From a virus (lineage: Duplodnaviria; Caudoviricetes), in IMG/VR virus record IMGVR_UViG_3300020710_000008, positions 291 through 64,290 of that record: a stretch of 64,000 nucleotides of DNA; one strand, 5' to 3'. Below are positions 26,749-35,658 of this stretch, piece after piece. The notes beneath the pieces were generated by a model that ran no database searches, was not told the DNA's origin, and saw nothing but the letters and a program-made list of their open reading frames with translations. Numbering within the stretch: position 1 is the stretch's first letter; each line of letters begins with the position of its first letter. The position numbers and the translations under genes were made by a program.

Positions 26749-27689
26749 AGGTCATCCCATTCTGTTTCAAACTTGCTATCGTTTTTTAGGCCCATGCCGT
26801 TTGCTTCCAGAGTCTTAACTAGCCAGTCGCGTTTAAGCAGGGGGAGATTCAACTCCTTAGCCTTGGATAGCTTGGATTGACCGGCTCCTTCACCTACTAA
26901 GAGATGAGTTAACTTTTTGCTTACACCTGTCTTCATTGTTGCACCAAGAGCAGTCAGCATCTTAGACAGAGTTTCACGTTCAGTCGGCAAGAACTCACCA
27001 GTAATGCACATCACATACCCGGCTAGAGGTAGCACTTTGGTTGGATCTGACTGTAGCAGAATAAGGGATTTAGGTCTTACCCCAGCTTCATACAGAGCTT
27101 TGCATATAGGCTCAAGAGTAGGGAGAGCCTTACGAATCTCAGCCTCTTTCTTCTCTCCAATTCCGTCAATCATGGAGTAGTCACCCTTGGACAACAGGGA
27201 GGGTAGAATATCCATATCGTTAGGACCAAGACGGAACTGCATAGAAAGCATCTTGGAGAGGGATTTAGCGATACCAGGGATACCCAAAGCAGCTAGCCAA
27301 CGATCCCAATCCCGAGTCTTGACTTTCTCAAGTGAGTTTGCCATCTTAATCAGCAAAGCGCCAGAATAACCCATCTTGTTTAACTTAGCTGATATAACCT
27401 CTTCGCCTTTGGTTTCAATACCTTTAACGATACCATCAGAAAACTCAAATAGATCGGGGAGAGAAGTAATATAGCCATCTTCCACTAATTTAGTGATGGT
27501 CTCAGGGCCTAGTTCATCAATCTCCAGAATATCTCTACCAGCAATGTAGGCCAAATAAGCCGCTAAACGTCCAGGACAGCTTGCATTATAGCAAGTGTGG
27601 GAAAGCACTCCGGACTTTGGGTCAGCCTCTTCTTTGATGGGCTCTCCGCAAGAAGGACACTCAGTTGGGGGAGTTAGAATTGTTGGCAT
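26745..27689 (-). CDS. ligA: NAD-dependent DNA ligase, C-terminal half (Zn finger, HhH, BRCT)
   Basis: CPSCG...C.N..CP, LGIPGI, IDGIGEK, CITG...R..L...L..LGA....VSKK...L.VGE..G.SKL.KA; own GGAGG SD 8 nt before the ATG. Confidence 0.9.
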   Translation of the reverse strand: MPTILTPPTECPSCGEPIKEEADPKSGVLSHTCYNASCPGRLAAYLAYIAGRDILEIDELGPETITKLVEDGYITSLPDLFEFSDGIVKGIETKGEEVISAKLNKMGYSGALLIKMANSLEKVKTRDWDRWLAALGIPGIAKSLSKMLSMQFRLGPNDMDILPSLLSKGDYSMIDGIGEKKEAEIRKALPTLEPICKALYEAGVRPKSLILLQSDPTKVLPLAGYVMCITGEFLPTERETLSKMLTALGATMKTGVSKKLTHLLVGEGAGQSKLSKAKELNLPLLKRDWLVKTLEANGMGLKNDSKFETEWDDL

Positions 27690-27727
27690 AAAAGTAACCT
27701 CCGTTAAAAATACTGACTTTTGGTCCC

Positions 27728-28432
27728 TTGATAAAGGAGAATATGAACATGAACAACCTCACATCTGGAATTTACAAAATATGTAATCTTGTGAATGGCA
27801 AGATTTATGTGGGGCAGACGGTAAATTTACATCATAGAAAGGATCAGCATATTTCAGCGTTAAAGACGGTCAAGCACTCCAACCCTCATTTGCAATCTGC
27901 TTGGAACAAATATGGTGATTCTATGTTTGAATTTTCTATTCTTGAAGTGTGTCACTTTGCTCAGTTAAATGAGCGAGAAAATTTCTGGATAGAATTTCTG
28001 GAATCTTGGAAAAGTGATAGGGGGTATAACCTTGATAGACTAGCCCAGGGTACTGGTCCTCGTAGTCCCGAAACAAAAGCACTAATAAGTAAAAAATTAA
28101 TGGGGCATCCTCATTCTGAGGAGGCTCGTAGGAAAATATCGGCTTCAAAACTTGGTCATAAATACGGCCCATGCAGTGAAGAGAAAAAAATTAATATATC
28201 TAGATCCAAAAAAGGTAAGAAGTTTTCTGAAGAGCATAAGAAGAAACTATCAGAGGCCAAAATTGGTAAGCCGGGGAATAGGACTGGAGGGTTGGTATCA
28301 GACGAAACCAGAGCCAAAATGAGAGCGGCTAAGATAGGTAAACCAAGTCTTCGTAGAGGAACGAAGCACACGGAAGAAACAAAAGCGAAGATGAGAGCGG
28401 CTAAGGCAAAACACGCACAATCTGAGGAATAA
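27728..28432 (+). CDS. GIY-YIG homing endonuclease with NUMOD3-like repeats, antisense between the ligase halves
   Basis: SGIYKI.N..NGKIYVGQ; HSEEAR, FSEEHK and HTEETK repeats; AAAGGAGA SD, likely start 27743 or 27749. Confidence 0.9.
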   Translation: MIKENMNMNNLTSGIYKICNLVNGKIYVGQTVNLHHRKDQHISALKTVKHSNPHLQSAWNKYGDSMFEFSILEVCHFAQLNERENFWIEFLESWKSDRGYNLDRLAQGTGPRSPETKALISKKLMGHPHSEEARRKISASKLGHKYGPCSEEKKINISRSKKGKKFSEEHKKKLSEAKIGKPGNRTGGLVSDETRAKMRAAKIGKPSLRRGTKHTEETKAKMRAAKAKHAQSEE

Positions 28433-29603
28433 CCTCTCCACCTCTTGCTACCTCTACCTGACAAGGAACCTCTTTAATACCTTTATCCAACATCCAAGAC
28501 CAATTATTCAAGTTAGCACGACTTACCATTACTCCTCCGATGTTTACCGGGACCAACTCTCCAACGGGGGTTAGTCCTCCGCTACGACCTACCTGCCAAG
28601 TGACAGAGATTAAAGTGGTCACAGCCCCCTGAGAGGGGTATTTGAACGCTACGGCCCAATTAGGGCACTTTGAGCCAACTCCCACTTCCTTACGAAGAGT
28701 AGGAGAAGCCACCTTGATGACATACCCATCAGTGAGGATACCTCGGCCCTTATGCATAGCAGTATCACGGTAGATTCTGAGATGTCCATCCAGTGCTTTA
28801 TTCATCTCACTGGCAGTATGGAAGACAGAAAAGTCAGGATTGAAGTTTTTTGTAATGGTTCTGGAGAAGTAGACAATCTGGTGATGAGCAAAATCAGCAC
28901 TAAGATGTTTCTTGGCTAGATACTCCGCTGGAATCCCGCTGACATCCCATGGGTAGAACTTCAGACCTCTGGCCTTAACCGCAGCAAGATCCTGAAGTTT
29001 CATAGACCCAGCCGCTAAGTTACGAGGAGAAGCATACTTCTTTTCAGATTCTGCGTTGATGGCATCAAATTGCTGGGTGGTCATGTAGACCTCCCCACGG
29101 ACTTCAATAAGACTGTCAGGATAAAATTCGGGATTTAGGGTAACTTCAATGGCATCAGAGGCCACCATCTGGCGAGTCACATCTTCCCCGTATTCCCCAT
29201 CTCCGCGAGTCACAGCTTTAACTAGCTGACGGTTCAGGTATTGAACCGCTAAACTCGCGCCATCAATTTTTGGTTCAACCACAAAAGCGGCCCCCTCAGG
29301 AAATTTGTCAACAAAAGCTTCTACATTATCAAAAGTATACTGATTTTCTAAAGATAACATTGGCCTAGAATGACGAACTCTACCCTTATCGTCCACAATG
29401 TCAGATCCCACCTTAGTTAAAACCGTGGCAAGTCCAGTAAATTGTGGAAGTTTAGACACCATACTTTTTAGGTCTTTTTCTAGCAAATCGTAATGCTCAT
29501 CAGTCATGATGGGCTGGGCCTTAGCGTAGTAGGCTTTACTAGCTTCCATTAATTTTTTATTAGTTTCTATGATTAGGTTTTTACCTGCTTCTTCGAAATC
29601 CAT
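28401..29603 (-). CDS. ligA: NAD-dependent DNA ligase, N-terminal half (adenylation and OB domains)
   Basis: EPKIDG, TRGDG..GEDVT, EVRGEV, PRNLAAGS, DG.VIK, WAVAFKY, QVGRSG.LTPV, GEVIPQI; likely ATG 29603 after GGGAG. Confidence 0.92.
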   Translation of the reverse strand: MDFEEAGKNLIIETNKKLMEASKAYYAKAQPIMTDEHYDLLEKDLKSMVSKLPQFTGLATVLTKVGSDIVDDKGRVRHSRPMLSLENQYTFDNVEAFVDKFPEGAAFVVEPKIDGASLAVQYLNRQLVKAVTRGDGEYGEDVTRQMVASDAIEVTLNPEFYPDSLIEVRGEVYMTTQQFDAINAESEKKYASPRNLAAGSMKLQDLAAVKARGLKFYPWDVSGIPAEYLAKKHLSADFAHHQIVYFSRTITKNFNPDFSVFHTASEMNKALDGHLRIYRDTAMHKGRGILTDGYVIKVASPTLRKEVGVGSKCPNWAVAFKYPSQGAVTTLISVTWQVGRSGGLTPVGELVPVNIGGVMVSRANLNNWSWMLDKGIKEVPCQVEVARGGEVIPQIVRVLP

Positions 29604-29629
29604 ATAACTCCCGTAAAAACAAACTTTCA

Positions 29630-29637
29630 AGTATACT
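29630..29637. promoter_or_regulatory. Palindromic AGTATACT, candidate bidirectional -10 element
   Basis: Lies between the divergent ligA-N and GIY-YIG genes, with an SD downstream on each strand. Confidence 0.45.
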
Positions 29638-29651
29638 GATGGAGGTAGTTC

Positions 29652-30458
29652 ATGCCGTTCTTATCTACTCCAAAGGCTTTGGGGGTCTCAGGAGTTTATG
29701 CCATTCTAAACACTAATACTGGAAAAAGCTACATTGGAAGTTCTGTGGATCTCAGAAAGCGACTGCTGAAGCATTTTGATTTCCTAGAAAAAGGAGGCCA
29801 TCACTCTTTAAAACTCCAAAATTCGTGGAATAAACATGGAGCAAACGCATTCGATTGTAAAATTTTAGAACTTGTAGGCAAAGAAGACCTCCTTACAAGA
29901 GAACAGTTTTTCTTAGATTTCTTTAAGTCTAGTGAAGAAGGGGGTTATAACATATCAAGGATAGCCGGATCTCCAATGAGTGGGAAAAAGCACAGTGCAG
30001 ATACAAAACAAAAAATGAGTGAGCGAGGAAAACTGAGGAGGCATACTGAGGAAGAGAAGAAGAAAATAGGGGAAGCAAATTCAAAAAGAGTGTGGAAAAA
30101 AGAAAGCATTGAAAAAATGAGCAACTCTTTGAAAGAATTAGCAAAAACCAGGATTGATTCCGATACACTTAGGCTTGCAAAAAGTGAGGGATCTAAGCAA
30201 GGGTGGGCGGCAATTAAGTCCGATCCAGAAAAATATGCTAAACGATTAGAACAACTGAAGGTGAGTTTTAGGCATATTTGGACAGAAGAAGAGAGGGCGG
30301 AAATGAGTAGGAAAAGGAAGGGTGTAGCCCTGTCAGAAGAACATAGAAAAAAGATATCAGAAGGGTCAAAGGGCAAGCCGAAGTCAGAAGAACATAGAAA
30401 AAAGATATCAGAAGCTCATAAACTAAGATGTGCTAAAATTAAAAAAGCCGCTGAGTAG
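29652..30458 (+). CDS. GIY-YIG homing endonuclease with NUMOD3-like repeats
   Basis: SGVYAI.N..TGK.YIGSS; SEEHRKKISE repeated; GGAGG SD. Confidence 0.9.
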   Translation: MPFLSTPKALGVSGVYAILNTNTGKSYIGSSVDLRKRLLKHFDFLEKGGHHSLKLQNSWNKHGANAFDCKILELVGKEDLLTREQFFLDFFKSSEEGGYNISRIAGSPMSGKKHSADTKQKMSERGKLRRHTEEEKKKIGEANSKRVWKKESIEKMSNSLKELAKTRIDSDTLRLAKSEGSKQGWAAIKSDPEKYAKRLEQLKVSFRHIWTEEERAEMSRKRKGVALSEEHRKKISEGSKGKPKSEEHRKKISEAHKLRCAKIKKAAE

Positions 30459-30466
30459 CGGCTTTT
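30443..30466. terminator. Bidirectional intrinsic terminator
   Basis: AAAAGCCGCT-GAGT-AGCGGCTTTT between convergent genes. Confidence 0.75.
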
Positions 30467-30729
30467 ACGCGAAGGTGTCAATGTTTTGCCCTATCGCCTC
30501 GTTCACTATAGGTACAGGCTCTCGGCTTTCAGAGTCCATTTTTCTATGAGGTAAAGTAGAATAAGAACCCAGTCCTGAAATCCCCATAATTCGGGAAACT
30601 CTAAGACTATGCTTTGCCACTAGAACATTAGGTTTGATGTCGATCCAAGGAGGAATCAAAATGCCCTCCAACCAATCATGAAAAAGTCTTTGATAACATG
30701 AGAGGTGGCTCCAAGAGCTATGTCAATCG

Positions 30730-31758
30730 TTACAATCCAAAAAACGACTTTAACAGCGAACCAAGCTTTTTTACCCATGACATTAAAAAATTCGTGCATG
30801 ACTGCTCCTTATTTTTGACTTTCAAAATTTCATGTCTAACTGCGTTTATTTGTGTGTTCTTATACCATTGATTCAGCCATTCATAATCTGGCTTCTCTCG
30901 GAGAGTGGAGGTTTCAAACAACCTATCTCCCTTTGCCATCAGTTCGTCAATGAGGTTGCTGACTTCTCCATTAGTGAGCTTACCATTACGGATGTCAAGC
31001 AGGAGTTCCTTTTCAGGACGAGGGTAAGTTACCGTCCCATACTCAAGGATTTCGTTCATTTCGCTTATAATGCGTACCGCATGATATAGGGCCTTCAAGT
31101 CCTTACCATCGTTCTCCTTGGCTTTCACGGCGCGAGTCCCGTAGGTTTTGCGAAGTTTGACCAGGGCATCCAACCACAGCTTAACAGTGGTGGTCTCCCC
31201 AAAGGATTTACCACAGATTTCCATCAAACGGGTCTCCACCTCACCCTTGACATCTGTCCAGAATCTAACCGTTGGGCGACCAGTAAAAGCCACCGTAAGT
31301 TGATCCCAGCAAAGTCGAGGGAGGAAGTTGGGGGGATAGCCACTAAGGAAGAAGATCACTTCATCTAAAAGCTGGAGCTTCTCACCTTTGAGGGAGTATT
31401 TGACAGCTTGATCTCGGGCATACCCAACAAAGGGCTTCAGAGCCTTGGAGACTACCTTGTCCTTGTTGAGAACCAACTCCTCCCATTCAGGAGTAGACTC
31501 CAGCCACATATTCTGGGGAGCAAATAACATAGAATAAGCCACAGTCTGACCAGAAGCCATCAGGTCAGCAAAAGCCTTGATGTAATACATTTCATGCTCT
31601 TCGTTTTTTTCCTCATCCTTCCACTGGATATTAGTGGGGGCAAGACTGACAAGCTCATCCAAAGACTGAGTGAACACACCCTTGAAATCCTTATCGGAGG
31701 TAGGCTGAGCCACACCATAAAGGTGAGAGCCGTATAGACATTTAAACAGGGTCTTCAT
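30730..31758 (-). CDS. Pol-beta-superfamily nucleotidyltransferase (PF10127-like)
   Basis: YGSHLYG...TSD.D.KG; K.L.HA.R...E..EIL..G. Confidence 0.8.
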   Translation of the reverse strand: MKTLFKCLYGSHLYGVAQPTSDKDFKGVFTQSLDELVSLAPTNIQWKDEEKNEEHEMYYIKAFADLMASGQTVAYSMLFAPQNMWLESTPEWEELVLNKDKVVSKALKPFVGYARDQAVKYSLKGEKLQLLDEVIFFLSGYPPNFLPRLCWDQLTVAFTGRPTVRFWTDVKGEVETRLMEICGKSFGETTTVKLWLDALVKLRKTYGTRAVKAKENDGKDLKALYHAVRIISEMNEILEYGTVTYPRPEKELLLDIRNGKLTNGEVSNLIDELMAKGDRLFETSTLREKPDYEWLNQWYKNTQINAVRHEILKVKNKEQSCTNFLMSWVKKLGSLLKSFFGL

Positions 31759-31810
31759 TTAACTTCCTTTGTGCGTTGTTAGAGTTCCTTGTCTGGCTCT
31801 TGGGCAAAAA

Positions 31811-31972
31811 CTATTCGCGGCTGTAGTGAATGAGTCTGCCGTGTTCCTCGGCAAACCCAGGACGATCCGGCTCCGGGGAGGAACAGCATTGACCTGGCTC
31901 TGCGCCACAAGTTGGGCACTTGCGTTCATGGGCATCGGAAGACCAATCAAAGGGGATGAGGTCAGAGTCCAT
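31811..31972 (-). CDS. Small zinc-finger protein (53 aa)
   Basis: CPTCGAEPGQCC...H..R; AGGAG SD. Confidence 0.55.
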   Translation of the reverse strand: MDSDLIPFDWSSDAHERKCPTCGAEPGQCCSSPEPDRPGFAEEHGRLIHYSRE

Positions 31973-31990
31973 CGTGGCTCCTGGGCAGGA

Positions 31991-32137
31991 TCAACGCTTA
32001 ACGCGAAGGTGACTAAGGAACTTGATAGGGTGTTTCAACCCACAGCGCCAGCAGGGAATGGCAAAGGTACAGCCGTGGTCACAACGCCAAAAGGTGCCAC
32101 GGTCAATCATGATCGGGTGGGATTCGTAGGCATTCAT
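31991..32137 (-). CDS. Small Cys-rich protein (48 aa)
   Basis: WRCDHG...CWRC; AGGAG SD. Confidence 0.5.
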   Translation of the reverse strand: MNAYESHPIMIDRGTFWRCDHGCTFAIPCWRCGLKHPIKFLSHLRVKR

Positions 32138-32151
32138 GGGACTCCTGGACA

Positions 32152-32361
32152 TTACTTGCGGTTGAGGGTTTCTCTGGCATCAGCTTTGACCTGATGGATG
32201 CTGCAACCTCGACCCGTTATGTCGCCATGCTCGGCGTAGTCCAGAAGGGACCGTAGGTCGTTCTCTAGATCCGCGACACGGGCTTTGAGTGTTTCATGGC
32301 AAGAGTCATCAACCTGTGAAGGCTTGTCGTGGTCGGTTCCGGCACATTCTGAGCATTTCAT
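32152..32361 (-). CDS. Small protein with CxxC
   Basis: GGAGGAAGG SD; MKCSEC. Confidence 0.55.
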   Translation of the reverse strand: MKCSECAGTDHDKPSQVDDSCHETLKARVADLENDLRSLLDYAEHGDITGRGCSIHQVKADARETLNRK

Positions 32362-32455
32362 CTCGTTCCTTCCTCCAGCGGCTGCTGGACAGAATCGTCT
32401 GTCACTTCTATTATACTTAACTAGAAGGCGTTTACTCCTGAATATTATCGGACCC

Positions 32456-32806
32456 TTATACCACCCAGGCTAGAGTTTGTTTATCTTCAAGGCGAATTTC
32501 ATAGCCAAAGAACTCAGAATCAGCAGTTACAATACCACTATCCTTTAGTCTCTCCAGCGTATCCCAATAGGCTTCTGACATATCAAATACATCTTCTGGT
32601 CTCATCAGAACAGATACAGATTCCACAAATTTACCATCAAAGGCAAAGGTATCTCGTAGTAGGAATGAACTTAAATGTTTAGGTTTCTCGGTTTCATACC
32701 ACAACTCAACCTTAATTCGACCATGCATAGTTGCTGCTTGTTGAAATTTTTCAGCGATATCAAGGTTAATTACAATCCCTGGAACAGTAAGTGTTGCAGT
32801 AGCCAT
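32456..32806 (-). CDS. Hypothetical protein
   Basis: GGGGAG SD. Confidence 0.6.
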   Translation of the reverse strand: MATATLTVPGIVINLDIAEKFQQAATMHGRIKVELWYETEKPKHLSSFLLRDTFAFDGKFVESVSVLMRPEDVFDMSEAYWDTLERLKDSGIVTADSEFFGYEIRLEDKQTLAWVV

Positions 32807-32809
32807 TGG

Positions 32810-33649
32810 TTACTCCCCACCAAGTAGAGCCTCAATAGCTGAGGCTAATTCTCTTCCTGTAATGGTAGAGCCTTCTTCTATGATTTCTTGGGGTTGTAGG
32901 CCAAGCTTAGATCCAATCAATTTAGCGGCGGCATCAGGTGAACCAGCAATCTCAATCAAGTAGCCCTCAGTATCAGAGGCATTCCAGAGAAAGAAAGAGG
33001 TGGATTCGCTATCTGCCCCCTCTGCTTGGAGTCCGTGAAGTAGTTTATAAAGCTCGGATACAGACCAGTCTTCAATGTTGGATTCAGCCCAAATATCCAT
33101 TACTGAACCTTCAACACTACTCATTTTTTCTTCGGGGAGTTCTGGTTCTTCATGGATTAATCCACCATGTTCAACGTTTGTCCCGGCTTCACTTCTCTCG
33201 GCTTTGGTATCTGGACCGTGCTTTTCAGATGAAAGTGCTTCTGGATTCTCTAGTTTTAGGAAACGATCAAGGAAGGTATTTGAACTGGAAATAGCTAACT
33301 TGGTAAAGGATGACAAGGTTACTACTGATTCTGTTTGTGCATCTCCAAAATTACCGGATCTGATCTCTCCATTACTGACGTATACGAAAGCTTCATGTTT
33401 AAGGGAATAGCCTGAACCAGTTAGAAAATACAGAGAATCAGAGTTAACCGGAATAGCGACTACTCCGTAAGTAATATTATTAGCTTCTGCTGAGGCTTCC
33501 ATGCTGGGGACAATGGGAGAATTGCCATCTACCATTCCGTAGAGATATAGGGCTCCTTTATCAAGATCCTCTCCCCACAATTGAATTAGGAGGTCAATCG
33601 CTGGCCTCAAATCCTCAATTTGCTCGGAGGATACGTTGATGTAATACAT
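32810..33649 (-). CDS. Acidic hypothetical protein
   Basis: 279 aa; GGGAG SD, TATAAT upstream. Confidence 0.65.
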   Translation of the reverse strand: MYYINVSSEQIEDLRPAIDLLIQLWGEDLDKGALYLYGMVDGNSPIVPSMEASAEANNITYGVVAIPVNSDSLYFLTGSGYSLKHEAFVYVSNGEIRSGNFGDAQTESVVTLSSFTKLAISSSNTFLDRFLKLENPEALSSEKHGPDTKAERSEAGTNVEHGGLIHEEPELPEEKMSSVEGSVMDIWAESNIEDWSVSELYKLLHGLQAEGADSESTSFFLWNASDTEGYLIEIAGSPDAAAKLIGSKLGLQPQEIIEEGSTITGRELASAIEALLGGE

Positions 33650-33702
33650 GGTAGCAACTCCCTTATTATAGGAACCGTTATTGCATTCCTCACTTGATAA
33701 TA

Positions 33703-34251
33703 CTAAATTGCTTCCTCGATTGATTCCTTCTGTTTTTCATATTCTCCCTTAATACCATTTACATGATTGTCAAGGGAAATAGCCTTATTTAACAAGGGAT
33801 AAAAATGTTCTGGGATTTTCATATCCATGCCATTTTTGGATTTTGTGGTAAAGGCGCACATGGAAATGGAGAATTTATTTTTGTATTTTAACAAAATATC
33901 TTCAAATCTGGTGTTGTGGAATCCGATTAGAACAATATTGGACCCACTTGGTAGGTCTTTAAAAATCTCGTGAAGGTAGGTAGCTGGCTTATAGAACTTG
34001 CTTCCAATGTTTAGTCTTGAATCAATTGGAGTCATTCTAATTACGGTGGTACCAGTCTTCTCAACTGCGGCGGTATACTTTTCTGCTTGGGAGTCTTTAG
34101 TAGAGCCAAATAGAACCCAGCTTCCGCTACTAGGTGCAAATATTTCGTTTGCTAGGTAGGTTATCACATTCACTACGTACAGTTGAGCAGAGAATAACTC
34201 ACCCGCTCTGAAGAGATGGGATGCCTCTATGATAAAAAAAGTTGAAGTCAT
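33703..34251 (-). CDS. Degenerate NYN/PIN-like fold protein
   Basis: FFIIEASHL and IVLIGF..RFE.IL are positioned like NYN motifs, but the acidic catalytic residues are mostly missing. Confidence 0.35.
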   Translation of the reverse strand: MTSTFFIIEASHLFRAGELFSAQLYVVNVITYLANEIFAPSSGSWVLFGSTKDSQAEKYTAAVEKTGTTVIRMTPIDSRLNIGSKFYKPATYLHEIFKDLPSGSNIVLIGFHNTRFEDILLKYKNKFSISMCAFTTKSKNGMDMKIPEHFYPLLNKAISLDNHVNGIKGEYEKQKESIEEAI

Positions 34252-34272
34252 GATAGTCTCCTATCAAGATTC

Positions 34273-34887
34273 TTAAAGTCCATTTACCTTCATATAAGCA
34301 ACAATCTTTTCAAGCTCTTCCAGAGTGCCGTTACACTTAATTCTGTTAGCTCTCCAGGATATAACTCGGATATTCCCTGGAACATAACCTATGTCGGGCA
34401 GAAGCCTGTCTAGACTGGGTGAGTTGTCGTGGAAGTACCTATCACCAACTTCAAGTTTAATCCCAAGAACAGGGCAGATTTCTGGAATTATGATATCTTC
34501 TTTCACTAGACTATACGGCACTTTAAGTTTGTTGGCCCTACTACGGGCACTATTCAACATAATTGAACGGCTATCAGAATGATATTTGTTTCTTCTATGT
34601 TCGTTGTTACATTTGGGGCAAAGGTATCCTCTTGGGGGGCACACTCTTTTAACACAAGTGGTACCACATTTTGGACACACTTTGCCTGGTAACCTAGTTT
34701 GCCTTTTACAGCCACAGCTTACATTTGAGCCGCTGATCAAAGCTCCTTGCCCAATAAGTTTCTCTTTCCCGCATAACTCACAACTGCACCACCACCTAGC
34801 TGGGCCACTAGGGTAAGGTTCTCCTTGGCATAAAACTGTTAAATACCCGAATTTTTGATTTTTAATATCCAAAACAAATACCTCCAT
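34273..34887 (-). CDS. His-Me finger (HNH-like) putative homing endonuclease
   Basis: CSCELCG...SCGC; CPVLG...SPSLDR...GYVPGNIRVISWRAN.IK. Confidence 0.8.
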   Translation of the reverse strand: MEVFVLDIKNQKFGYLTVLCQGEPYPSGPARWWCSCELCGKEKLIGQGALISGSNVSCGCKRQTRLPGKVCPKCGTTCVKRVCPPRGYLCPKCNNEHRRNKYHSDSRSIMLNSARSRANKLKVPYSLVKEDIIIPEICPVLGIKLEVGDRYFHDNSPSLDRLLPDIGYVPGNIRVISWRANRIKCNGTLEELEKIVAYMKVNGL

Positions 34888-34923
34888 ACAAGAGGCATTT
34901 GGTAGTCAGTTATTTGTTTACTA

Positions 34924-35658
34924 TTAAACCCATGCTACTGCTTCTACTTTATCCTGAATATCCTGGAATAGCAATGGCACCAAGTTGTATAAAAGACGCA
35001 AAACTTCTCTTGCCACTACCTGCATATCTGGGTGAGCAGAGCTTGGGGTCCTCAGGGAAGCAAAGTTTCTGAGTGATCTAAGATTCATGGTGGTGACGAT
35101 CTCAGTTTTCAGGTCATTGGTCAGAATCCCTCTAGCCTCTTGGGGCTTCCATCCTCTAGCTAGGGCTTCATTGTATTTAGCGATGCTCTCCACCTGAGCA
35201 TAATACCAAAAATTTTTATCTTTGTCATCACGGGTAGCTAGGTGGAAGGGAAGGATGACCTTAGGAGCCTTTTTCCCATAATTTACATATCTAGTAGACT
35301 CTTGAGTGTAGCTTGCAATTCTATGTCTAACCAATTCATGAGTTACACCTCTAGAAGTGACAATCCTAAATGATAGGGAGATATGCTCCAATGTGCTTTC
35401 ATGCTTTAGACTGAGAATGTGCTTCAGGATCTTTAAGTGGGAGTCTGGGCCAATTTTATCCTCGCTCTTGTAGGCAGTTCGGATTGCAGCCTCCAAATGA
35501 CGCATAATCATCTCTCCATCAGGGGCCATCCCAATTAGCTCTACAGATGGGGTTATAACTTCCAAAGTATCCCAATTGTAGAATAGCTGGGATTTATCTT
35601 CTGCTAGTTTACTCTCTAGGAACTCCAGAGGATTCTTATATTCACAGGGCTCGGCCAT
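34924..35658 (-). CDS. thyX: FAD-dependent thymidylate synthase
   Basis: HESTLEH, RGVTHELVRHRIASYTQESTRY, EAR.IL, N.RSLRNF..LR...AH. Confidence 0.95.
   Translation of the reverse strand: MAEPCEYKNPLEFLESKLAEDKSQLFYNWDTLEVITPSVELIGMAPDGEMIMRHLEAAIRTAYKSEDKIGPDSHLKILKHILSLKHESTLEHISLSFRIVTSRGVTHELVRHRIASYTQESTRYVNYGKKAPKVILPFHLATRDDKDKNFWYYAQVESIAKYNEALARGWKPQEARGILTNDLKTEIVTTMNLRSLRNFASLRTPSSAHPDMQVVAREVLRLLYNLVPLLFQDIQDKVEAVAWV

Noticed and set aside
27690-28432. Group I intron or intein interrupting ligA
   Set aside because: The nuclease is antisense, almost no non-coding sequence is left for a ribozyme core, the downstream half has its own SD and ATG, and there are no intein splice motifs.
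30334-30414. 30-bp direct repeat with 51-bp period (mini-CRISPR-like)
   Set aside because: Only two copies, in frame, encoding SEEHRKKISE NUMOD3-like repeats of the GIY-YIG protein.
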